Source: Octopus vulgaris
Lineage: Eukaryota
Assembly: GCA_951406725.2 (NCBI GenBank)
Contig: OX597818.1
Location: forward strand, 144,088,001-144,152,000
Direction of reading: 5' to 3'
DNA: 64,000 nucleotides
In this document: positions 52,425-64,000 of the stretch, piece by piece
Layout: each line of letters opens with the position of its first letter
Position numbering within the stretch: position 1 is the stretch's first letter
Made by a program: the position numbers and the translations under genes
Notes under the pieces: model-generated
Seen by the model: only the letters and a program-made list of their open reading frames with translations
Database searches by the model: none
What the model was told of the DNA's origin: nothing

Positions 52425-52830
52425 TATGGCTAGACTGTATGTGTGATATTACAAGTTTTCCTCAAGCAGAAAATCTGCATCAAATTCGGAAAGATAACAC
52501 AACATTTGCAAAGGATGTAGGATTGAAGAAGTCATAGAGGATGATGTGATTGAGTTGCTGGTGTCCCAGAGAGAAAGTTTATCTTACAAGGAGCTGATGC
52601 TGTTAGAAAAAGTACAAGCTGAGAATAGAGATGAGACAATGGAAGTTCCACCTACACCACTTAAATTAATACCAAAAATTACTGCTAAACAGTTGGCAAT
52701 TATAGAGACGGGTCTGCAGATTTTCAATCGTGATCGTAACGCAAAAATTACAAGTAGTTTACAATGAACTCAGTTCCTACACTGAGCTGTACAAAGAGAT
52801 GATGCTTCATAAACAACAAACAACTTCTCA
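52425..52830 (+). mobile_element. Tigger/pogo transposase C-terminal remnant (continuation after the LINE insertion)
   Basis: EEVIEDDVIELLVSQRESLSYKELM resembles Tigger acidic C-termini and resumes directly after the LINE tail. Confidence 0.65.
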
Positions 52831-52934
52831 GACTGACGTTGGTGATAATGAATTGTAAATACTGTCCCGCATCATCTCAGTAACGCGCATTCTACCACCA
52901 ATCTTCACAAAGTAGTCAACATCTTTTGTGGTAA

Positions 52935-53290
52935 GAACACAAAACTCTACTTGTGAAGACCTGAGGCAAGTGAGAAATCAAAATCGATCAACATCAATGG
53001 AAATTGTAGCTGTGATACCAATGCCGGTGGCGCGTAAGCGAACCATCCGAACATGGCCGTTGCCAGCGCAACCCCGATGGGCCTTCGTGGCACGTAAAAA
53101 GCACCATCCGACCGTGGCCATTTGCCAGCCCCGTCTGGCATGTAAAAAGCACCCACTACACTCACAGAGTGGTTGGCGTTAGGAAGGACATCCAGCCGTA
53201 GAAACATTGCCAAATCAGACTGGGCCTGGTGCAACCTTCTGGCTTCCCAGACCCCAGTTGAACCTTCCCACCCATGCCATGATGATGATG
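52935..53290 (+). mobile_element. RTE-LINE 3' UTR fragment
   Basis: acacaaaactctacttg...aaatcgatcaacatcaatgg...(gat)n matches 52030-52424. Confidence 0.85.
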
Positions 53291-53357
53291 AACGTACTTT
53301 TATGATATTACGATTCATATTAATTCGCTAAATGTTATTGTTTTTATGTATCTATAT

Positions 53358-53768
53358 TGTACTCTCTTTACTCTTTTACTTCTTTCAGTCATTTGAATGC
53401 GGCCATGCTGGAGCACCGCCTTTAGTCGAGCAAATCGACCCCGGGACTTATTCTTTGGAAGCCCAGTACTTATTCTATCGGTCTTTTTTTGCCGAACCGC
53501 TAAGTGACGGGGACGTGAACACACCAGCATCGGTTGTCAAGCAATGCTAGAGGGACAAACACAGACACACAAACTCACACACACACACATATATACATAT
53601 ATACGACAGGCTTCTTTCAGGTTCCGTCTACCAAATCCACTCACAAGGCATTGGTCGGCCCGGGGCTATAGCAGAAGACACTTGCCCAAGGTGCCACGCA
53701 GTGGGACTGAACCCGGAACCATGTGATTGGTTAGCAAGCTACTTACCACACAGCCACTCCTGCGCCTA
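53358..53768 (-). mobile_element. tRNA-derived SINE, second family, full length
   Basis: Reverse complement of 42316-42698, with a 5' ggcgcaggagtggctgtgtggtaag head. Confidence 0.9.
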
Positions 53769-55548
53769 CTGTGTGTGCTTAAAAATTGTTATTTTCATGT
53801 ATAAAGGTGATCGTGTTTGCCTGTTCTCTGTTGTTTTTTTTTTTTTGTTTTTTTTTGTTATTTCAAAAATGTCTGCAAGAACGCAAACTCACTTGATAAC
53901 AAGAAAATCATTAAGAAAATTAATTTCCCATTCTGAGATTTCTCGTTACGACCAGATTTTCTGGAACGCATTATTTTCGTAAAGCAAAGCATTCCTATAT
54001 TTCTATATGAATGTTCCTCAAAACATCTACCTGCATCCCAAGAATTTAAAAAGAAAATTTCTTCACCGCACAAGAGATAAGGGAAGTAATTCTATAAGTT
54101 TAAGTCAATTACTTCCCCTTCGTAAACTTATCCATTTGTATGTGTATTTAAATAGACTGTTTCACTGCTCTTTTTATGCCTAACAACTGGATATATATTT
54201 CATTTGCGTCTTCTAAATAACACAGGTTATTTGCTCTGAAGAATGAGAAACTTATAAAACATGTAGAAGTATTCTTTTATTTGTTTCAGGCATTACATTG
54301 CACCCATGCTGGTGCACCACACTGATGGGTTTAATCAATCAAATTGATACCTGCAATTATTTTAAATCTAGTGATTACTCTATTGGTCTCTTTTTGCTAA
54401 CTGCTATGTTATTATAAGGAACACAAACAAACATCAATTGTCAAAGGGTATGAGACACACACACACAGTTTCCATTTCCAAGTTCACTCATGGGTCATGC
54501 AATGGAATCAAACCTTACACCACATGATTGCAAAGCAAACTTCTGAACCACAGCTGAGCCTACAGTAATAAATAAATTTTAAATGATTAAACCCTACTAA
54601 ATATACTGAGTACTTTCTTTTTTCATTTGCACATCAAAAAGATATAAATGTACATTTACAAACCCTTAGGTTCAGGTAGTTGTTTATGTCACATATGACA
54701 AGCTGCCCCAAATGTTTTTTCTTAATATTTTATGACCATTCTGGAAATATACATTCTCTTAATATGTAGAGACACATTTTCAACTTGCTCAATATCTTCA
54801 TCAAAAATGCACACCAAATTATATTTGTGCGTTCTTACTGAGCAGAATATTCTATTGCAAAACTGGTTAAATTCACCCTTAAACCATTGTAAGGCAACAG
54901 AAACCAAACCAATTCTGTTAAAAAATAGTACAGAATCATCGTTTGGCTGTTATTTAATGGATAAAAGGCAGCATACATAGCCTTTTTTCAGGACTTCAGT
55001 GACTGATGGGAGGAAGGTATCCAATGGCCACAGAACTAAGCCAAATGCCAGAAATGAAGAGGACTCTGTTGAAATCACCTGAATGCCCAGCATTGGTACT
55101 AAACCAAGTAGCACATTATGTATACCAACCAAGAACTAGTAACAATCCATCCAATGATCTTACACAGGGTCCCTCTATCAAATCTAACTAACAAGGCTTT
55201 GTATAACCTGAAGCAATAGTAGAGGATACTGGGCCAAGAGGAATCAGCCTGGTAACTATGTAATAGTGAAGTAAACTTCTTAGCCATATTGTCAAGCTCT
55301 GTGCAATTGACTTCTGTGCTTGTTGAAATGACAGAATCGTAAGATAAATCTGTTGTACGAAACTCCTGCAGAGTCACATTGCTATGTAAAAACAGTTGTT
55401 AAATGTGAGTTGATTGCAGTGGTTCAATTATTTAGAGCTCCAAAAGGAGAGGAAATAAAGGAATTTTAAAATTAGTAGCATCTGCTCTCATGGATAACCA
55501 TCAAAGGACAAGATTGACAAACAAAATCCAGTGAATTGAAAGATGTCA

Positions 55549-55833
<285 letters not shown>

Positions 55834-56220
55834 TTAAAAGAAAGAACATGAAAAATGTTTCAGTTTCAAGTTAGAGTTTAAAATTACTTTTAAAATGACA
55901 TTTTATTTTTTCATCCCATTTTCATAGTTTTGAAAACTATGAAAGCAAGAAAGTGAAATAGCCACAGACTAATATTTTATAATTTCTTAACATGTAAGAC
56001 ACAGTCAACAGAAACTATTCCATGACGATATGGAATAATTTCTATTAGGAATACTAAAATTCATATACAAAATTAATCCTTCTGAACTGATTTACTCCAT
56101 TCATTTAAAAAGTATTAATGCCAGATTTAGGTGGTTAAAAGTTTTTGTATTACCAACCCTGACAAATGTACAAACCATGGGACCAGAGTCACTGAGATTA
56201 TTCTATTATTCAAACTGATA

Positions 56221-56765
56221 TTTTGATGGATGGAAATGCTGTTGCGGTACCTGTTGTGTAAGTGTGAGTATACCTGTATGCTTATATCTCTTGCCAATGT
56301 ATATTAAAGAAGGATGTGAATATGAGCAAATGAATGAATTTCACCAATGTTCCGTTATCACCCCTTGCTGTCAGAAATGTAATGAACCAGTGATTAGTTC
56401 ATTGGGGTCCTGTAACCAATCCCTTTGAGCCCTGTTCTTACACAAGTAATTTCTATTTACTTAACAATACATCAAGTTACACTGATGGTATATCTGAAAT
56501 ATCATTACACTTAATACACATTTAATTGTTTTATATTTGATATCACAATCTGTAAACAAAATGCATGATTGGTTATGTCTCTAATGAACTAATCACTGGT
56601 TCATTACCTTTCTGACAGCAAGGGGTGATAAGGGAACATTGGTGAAATTCATTCATTTGCTCATGTTCACGTCCTTCTTTAATATGCATTGGCAAAAAGA
56701 TATAAGCATACAGGTATACTCACACGTACACAACAGGTACCTGAACAGCAGTTCCATCTATCAAA
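56221..56765. repeat. Long inverted repeat (~185-bp arms, ~180-bp spacer) in a NUDT21 intron
   Basis: 56221-56403 (…gagcaaatgaatgaatttcaccaatgttcc…aatgaaccagtgattagttcatt) is the reverse complement of 56583-56765 with scattered mismatches. Confidence 0.92.
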
Positions 56766-58033
56766 GACACTTTATAAAGTATTGGTCAACTTGAGACTAT
56801 AGCAGAAGACACAGAAGCAAAGTGGAGCACACTGAAATTGAACCCAGAAACACATGGTTGCATGATGAAATTCTATATCACACAGCCATTCCTGCATCCA
56901 TTTACCTGCTGATCCATGAACAGACTGCAAAAGTTTCAAAAGGTAAGCACCAGAAAGGTTTCTATTCCATTCCTTACCAGTACAGTCCACCTACTTTTCT
57001 AAGCTTCAAACTTTAGCTGATTCACTGAGCATGCTACAAAGCTTTTACAGATAAACATGATTATAAACTCTAGTCAGATAAGATTATGATGAGCACATAA
57101 CCAAACACCAAATCATTACCAAAGTATGATGTTAATCCTAAATACTTCTTTCACTTCTTCAGGAATCTTTCATTTCATGAAGGCCAAATTATATCATACT
57201 GGTTCCTGTTAAACATTAAAGGCTATTAGGCTGTTTTTACCAAATGTTTGGATGCGGGAATGATTGAGTGTTTGAGAATGTTTTACAATTGGTTTCAATC
57301 CCACAATGCAACACTTCAAACAAGTGTCTTCTACTACAGCCTTGAGATGACCAAAACCATATGAATAAAATTTGGTAGATGGAAACAGTATGGAGGCCTA
57401 TCAGGTGGACCATTCTTGTTTTAGAGTGACAGACAATTTCTAGCCTGATTTCCTACTGCCACCTGGATCTGACAGCACCTACAGTTGCAAGTATTTGGGC
57501 CAGATCCCTGGTCTAAGGATAACTTTTACCCTTCCTCTCCCCAGTCACAGATGCCCTCAAAAGGGTCTTGGATATTGCCGTTCTTCCTCTAACTATGCAA
57601 TTAAAAAAATATTACAATTAGCACATCCTTTTTGTGAAGTTGACAAGTGCCAGCTGCCATTGTGAAATCTAGATAAATCTTATCCATTTTACTGCAGAAA
57701 TCAGATATAGCCAATCAAAATTTCATTACCTTTAACTGTGGAAAGCAGTTTTATACACCAGTCTATGTTTTGTTGCAGAATGTGATGTTTGAAAGTATTT
57801 TCTGTCAAGGTATGTCGAGTTTATTGAGGAAATATGACTTGCAGAAAATACCAATTCTATTGTTTGTTATATATTTAACATCATTACTGGAAATTCAGAT
57901 GCCAGAGACCAAGCCATACTTTTCAAACATTAAAACTTACTTAACATCTTCAATATGTCATCCACATACAGCCTAATAATTATCTGAATACACTATAAAA
58001 TGATTACAGAGTAGCAAGACCAAATCTACTTAC

Positions 58034-58109
58034 CTTTTTCAGGAAGTTGAACTAAAAATAGTCTTTTGTGTTCTTTGGGTTTTGTTATGTGAGCTGGTAC
58101 ATAAGGATA
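58034..58109 (-). CDS. NUDT21: NUDT21/CPSF5 internal exon, 76 bp
   Basis: tttttag|YPYVPAHITKPKEHKRLFLVQLPEK-g|gtaagt; phases join with both neighbouring exons. Confidence 0.97.
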
Positions 58110-58401
58110 CTAAAAACAGAAAAAGTTAAACAAAATGTATCCTTCGTGGATATTTCACAATATAAAGTTCAGGCTAACAATATTCTGTTTGTCAAAAACC
58201 TAAGATCAGAATTACAGCAATTAATTTCTTCTTACATAAAAGCATTTATTGTTTCTTTAAAATAGCTACTTGATGGCTGGTTTCTTTTTTTCACTAATAC
58301 AAACCACTACTAACAAGTTACTGTTTAGCCTCAAGTCAGGCCTGATTGTGCAGACTTTACAAAAAGGTTTCTAGCTGTAGCCATCCAATCTTTTTGTATA
58401 T

Positions 58402-58630
58402 TTAACCCTTTAGCATTTAAACTGGCCATATCCGGCCCAAAATATTCTGCCTGTTTTATGTTCAAACTGACCAGATCTGGTCTCTCACACCAACCCTACA
58501 ATATCATCTTAAAAATTAACAGCTACCTCATCAAAATCTCATAGCTACAAGATAATGCATGATTAATTAAAAACAATGTGGATGAAGAAGCATTAATTTT
58601 GGCAGAATAATGTGAACACTAAAGGGTTAA
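58402..58630. mobile_element. piggyBac-like MITE with TTAA ends
   Basis: ttaaccctttag...ctaaagggttaa terminal inverted repeats. Confidence 0.8.
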
Positions 58631-59259
58631 GACTACAGTGTGCAATGACAATAGGATATGATTTGAGGGGTATTTTGCTGGTGTTTCAAGTAGGTGAAGT
58701 AAACATGTAACACAGGCTAAATTTTTTTCAATGGCAACAACTAATTAGTTAAAACCATCAGTTTCTTACTGTATCTCTTTAATTAGTGCTTCTAGTCCCA
58801 ATATCAGTAATTACTGCAACTAATTTGAATACAATACAGAAAAGAAAAGGCTTAATGTGCTTTGGGCACAGCCTTTGCTTACATTTGAAATGAACTGATG
58901 CTTGTTTGACAGCTACAGGATAGAGTTTCTAAATATTGCTCTTTTTATAGTTGGACTCATAACTTCAGTAAACACCTGCAGACGGGCAATCAAGAAGTAC
59001 AAGCAACTGAATCAACACCAGCTTATTACTGGCATTTAGTTTACCAACATAATGGGTATCACAAGAGAATTCAAATTATATATATCATCATATATATATA
59101 AAAACACTATATGGTTTTTTACTCATGTTCATGAAACAATATCTTAACAGAAAATGAAAGAGCTGTTTTGTTCAACACCAAGAATAATAGTAAAAACTGT
59201 AGAAATTGAATGAAACAGAATTAAATTAAAATATGTCTTCTGAATAATCATGTGAACTA

Positions 59260-59424
<165 letters not shown>

Positions 59425-60121
59425 TCAGAAAAACATTTATTAAGAAGGCATAGCAAAAATAAAAGGACATTCAATATCAACATTACAGCAATATTTTACA
59501 TGAAATATATTTTCGTTTATAATTATTTCAGCAAAATTTGATTGTAATCATTTGCAGTTTAGCTGGAATTCTGATAAATAAAAATTAAATAAAATATCTA
59601 ATGGGGGACTAGAATATTAAAAAATATTAAAACAGAATGTTTTAACATTTTATTCTATAGAATATCTTCATATTATATGCAAATAACATATAATCACCAT
59701 TTGTTTAAAAAAACTATATAAACTATGGAAACATAAATAAAATTAGATACAAAAATATAAAAATCAAAAGTATTCTGAGCTAAATACAACAAACCAAAAT
59801 GATAAATGTAAATATATGAGTATTCTCATATGATTCATAAAGAATTTCCTTAAACTTGAAGAAAGCCTTGCTATTTAACACTTCCTTATTCAATGGCTGT
59901 GTGCTTAACAAGTCACTTTGCAACAATGTGGTTTAACTACTATGCAACATCTTTAGGCAAGTGCCTCCAATCAATAGATTTGGTCTGACCAAAGCCTAAT
60001 TAGTGAAATTTGATAGATGGAAATTGTATGGAAGCCATTTGGAAGGATCGTTCTCATTGTGAACGATAGATTTAATCAGTTACCTTGTTTAACACTATAA
60101 CTACTTGATTTTTGAGTGCAA

Positions 60122-60348
60122 TTAACCTTTTCGGTACCAACCCAGCTGAAACCAGCTCTGGCTCTGTAGTACAAATGCCTTGTTTTCATAAGTTTTGAAT
60201 TAAAATCCACCAAACCTTAGTCACAATTTATGTTTCTAACACCAGCTTAATGATAACTAAGTTATTTTACTAATTTCTTTGTTATATTTAAAATTAATTG
60301 AAAGAAACACAGAGCATCTCAAGATAAATACAGTAACGAAAGGGTTAA
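60122..60348. mobile_element. piggyBac-like MITE with TTAA ends
   Basis: ttaaccttttcg...cgaaagggttaa; same family as the inserts at ~4800-5030. Confidence 0.8.
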
Positions 60349-60672
60349 GTATTTACTCTGTAGCAAGAATTCAGGCTACATCTCTAGTTTGATGATAACT
60401 TTATTTCCTCTTACAAGTCTCAGGTCATGTGTGTTGCCCTTCATATTCTGATTAAACCATTAAAATTACAGAGAAAAACTAAAAACAAATTAGTTGAACT
60501 ATGTCTGATAAGTATGATATTGTGTCCAAGTGAGTCTTGACTATGAATGTAGACCTGAAATACTTGTACAGTATTAGCTTAATGTAACATAACAGATGTG
60601 CAGGGCTGACCTTTGAAAATGGCATAGAACACTCAAAGAAAGCAACTAAGTTCTGAATGCATTGAGAGTTGT

Positions 60673-60717
<45 letters not shown>

Positions 60718-60951
60718 TACAAGTTTTGATATGAGGTGTGAATGGATGCAGCAAGCTAAATAAAAATGTTGGGTATGTTAGATATCATAGCAGAAGCAAA
60801 CCAAAGGAGACACAGGGATGAGGAAGAAGTCAAGAGAGATCACCCCTAAAGTATTTTGTTTCACAGAAGAAAGAAGCCAAGAAAAAAGACATAAGAAATA
60901 AGATGCTGAATTAAAATCCCATCAAACCCACTCAGTATGGAAGACCAATGT

Positions 60952-60994
<43 letters not shown>

Positions 60995-61419
60995 ATGGGT
61001 CAGACAAAATTTATGGAGACAGATTTACTAGGACTGGATGTGCTTCCTGCCACCAACCCTAACCTTCTTCTAAACAAGGTAACAATTGCCCTAATCCTTC
61101 AAACATGACCAGCTCAATAGATGGACATGTTTCCACTATTTTTGTATGAAGGTGACTATTTACACTCAGTAAGCAAGTGTCAGGGTCAAGAAAAGGAGAC
61201 ACAACCACACACATACACACAACAGACTTGTTAAAGTTTCCATCTACCAAATCCACTCCCAATTCATTTGGTCAGCCCAGGACTATAATAAAAGACACCC
61301 AAAACACAATGCAATGGAACTGAACTCAAAACCATGTGGTTGTGAAGCAAACGTTTTAACTCTACCTGCACAATCATGTTTGCACTTGTGTGTGTATGTA
61401 TATATATATATATATATAT

Positions 61420-61860
61420 TTTCACCTATCACAGAGGGTTTTGGAATGTAACACCCATGATAGTTGAGGGATTACTGTATGTATATATATATTTATAAAG
61501 TTAATCCAAACAAGAAAGCACAAAAAAAAACAACAGCGCGAGGACATGGAACAAATATAGTATTATTGGACGCTTAGGAAAGAAGGAAGGAAGGTTTAAC
61601 GCTTCGAGCGGAGCTCTTCGTCGGAAATATAGGAGAAGGGAAGACAGAGGAAATCCCTCAACTATCATGGGTGTTACATTCCAAAACCCTCCGCGATAGG
61701 TGAAAATCCGCAAAGTAGAAACAGTACTGTATATTTTAATTATTTCAATTTGTATATATTTATTTTATTATAAATGCAAAACAACACCACAGAGGAATCA
61801 ATGTAAGCTTAAATAATAAACCGCGATAGGGGAACCACAATATGGCAAGGGATTACTGTA
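61420..61860. mobile_element. Tigger-type MITE pieces in inverted arrangement around a Penelope-like pLTR fragment
   Basis: gggattactgta ends at ~61479 and 61860; 61420-61475 is the reverse complement of 61652-61707. Confidence 0.65.
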
Positions 61861-64000
61861 TGAGGGTGAGGTGTGAATATACGTTATAACTTTGTCATTT
61901 CTATGTTCACTTTTAACACACTAGCATGGATTCAGAAATTAAATGAGAGATTTGTTGAGGAAGTTTCTATGACAGAATACCTTTCATGTCACCAACTCTT
62001 ACTTGTTTCCAAGTAAGATATTATTTTCCTGTCCTTTGCACAACCAAGCACTGAAAACCCGAACATGATTTTATTGCAAGCTGCATTAATGGTGACACAT
62101 CACACTAAGAATGTAAACAATATATGATACAAATGAGACAACACAAACACACATGGTGACTGCCACTTCTTTACAGAAGGCCACCTCTTCAATTAGTAAA
62201 TGCCATCATGAGATCTCAACTTTATGCAAACAGACCCTAATATAGATGTTACAAACATTTTCAGGCAGGAAGGTGTCTGGGATTGAAGTCAAGTCCTGTT
62301 TACGAAATGTTTGCTTCAAAGAGGTAGCATTCAGTTCTTCAGATTTCAAATGCTTTAACAACCATTATAGATCACTTCGGCATTTCTAAACCAATTGATC
62401 TTTCCATCATCTGCTCCCAGTCTTTAACCTCCACATTAAGAGTCATACAAACATACAAATACAGATAACAGGCTTCTGCCTAATCTCTGCCAACCATTTA
62501 CAATTACAATGCAATGGTCAGCTTAAGGCTACAAAACATACTTGCACACAGTACTACACACGGAGAATGATTCTGTAATCACATGGCTTCAAAATGAACT
62601 TCTTAACAAAATGATCATGAGACTGTGTGTGTGTGTGTGTGTGCGTGTGTGCATGCGTGGTATACACCATCCAGCAAAGCAGGCTCACTTCATTTCTTTG
62701 TACTCACAGTATTCATTCTCTGCTCTTCCATCATCTCCATGATACTTTCCTACCTAACTTCCACTACATCCATCTACTGCACACCTAGCCATCCTCCACT
62801 TTCTCTCAATAACCCAGACATGCAGCATCTCTGCTGCCTCAACACCGTTTCATCTCCCTCTCTCTGCCTACCTTCATCTTTAGCACCCTTCAGCTCACTG
62901 ATCTTCTACTTACAGGTTCTCCAGCTTCTCACCACCCTCATCTGTATCCTTTTCATGCTTCCCTCCACCCACTCCACCTGTTTATATTCTCCTTAATACC
63001 AAGGGATAGCACTGGACCCTGCTATTCAATCCACTCCCACTCACACCAATAACTTCTTTCAACACCTTTCCCAGATGTCACACTCCTTTTCTCCCCCATC
63101 AGCTGTGGGCCTCTGCAGTGTTGGTGCCACAAAATAACACCCAGTCTACTTACTCTACCAAGTGATTAGGGAGTGAAGCAGAGACAATGCAACAGTGAAA
63201 GGATTCTTCAGCCTTGTCAAGCAAGGACTCACTGGTGCTACAAAGAATACATGCAGTAAAGTGGCTAATGTTAGAGCATCAAGCCATAGAAACCATACTG
63301 ACACAGACATTCAAGCAAAATATCCTGGCTCACAAATCCTGTCAAATTATCCAACCCATGCCAGCATGGAAAGTGGAAGTGAAATGATGTCATGAAAAGT
63401 TTACTTAAAAGCTACAAGCTAATCTATACAAAATTATTAGGGCTTTGTTTCTGCTTGTCTTCACCTCTTTTTGTACTGTCAGTCATTACTACTCTACTCC
63501 CAACTCATATATCATTAGTCACCCTCTTCACTTATGTCCACCACAGATTACTACCACTCATCAACCCTACACAATCTTTACAGTCAGTGTATATGATGTA
63601 TAACTCTGCGTGTGTGTTTGTATGAAAAGACTTGAGAATAGTTAAATTTTCAAATACAATTCTTCTACAATAAATTAGTTATAATTATCAAAAGATGTAA
63701 CTGCCATCAGATTACTAAAGATAAAATGACCATTAGCAAACATCAAGTAGCAAGTTAATTTTAAAGCGCATCAAATAAGTGTCCACCATCAAGAACAACT
63801 AACAAGTAAAAGCTGGTACATGTTGTTGTGAGTATTGGCATTGTAATTTATTTATGCCTGATTTTACGATCCAAGGACTGTTTTCTGTCCAAAAACCAAG
63901 ATTTCAGACAATAAAACTCTGGTTATATAACTGCTACATGCTTCCCATTTTTAAGAATCATCATTTGGCATGTGTATGTATATATATATATATATATATA

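Overview
AT-rich, repeat-dense animal genomic DNA. The SINE/RTE-LINE repertoire and long (TA)n tracts point to a cephalopod, probably Octopus (recall-based inference). Positions 1 to ~27.3 kb are a head-to-tail tandem array of a ~10.5-kb unit (two complete periods plus a partial third; it may continue left of the window). Each unit carries one intact ORF of ~215-222 aa: an N-terminal ParB/sulfiredoxin-like domain (IRYTQDSI...SLDNRRL...KFTT), an 8-aa Tyr/Ser/Thr repeat linker and a C-terminal CaaX prenylation box (CVIL). The ORF copies differ mostly by amino-acid-changing substitutions while the flanks are nearly identical. The unit also holds a 157-bp satellite in both orientations, a non-autonomous Helitron, palindromic MITEs, a tRNA-SINE and a Penelope-like remnant. 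That remnant has a CCAAT/CRE/TATA/Inr promoter and a mini-exon that could splice in frame to the ORF. Positions 27-64 kb are mostly decayed transposable elements (mariner, Tigger interrupted by an RTE LINE with a PHD-like finger, SINEs, MITEs) plus three minus-strand exons of NUDT21/CPSF5, one intron of which contains a long inverted repeat. Domain and family names come from recall of motifs, not database searches.
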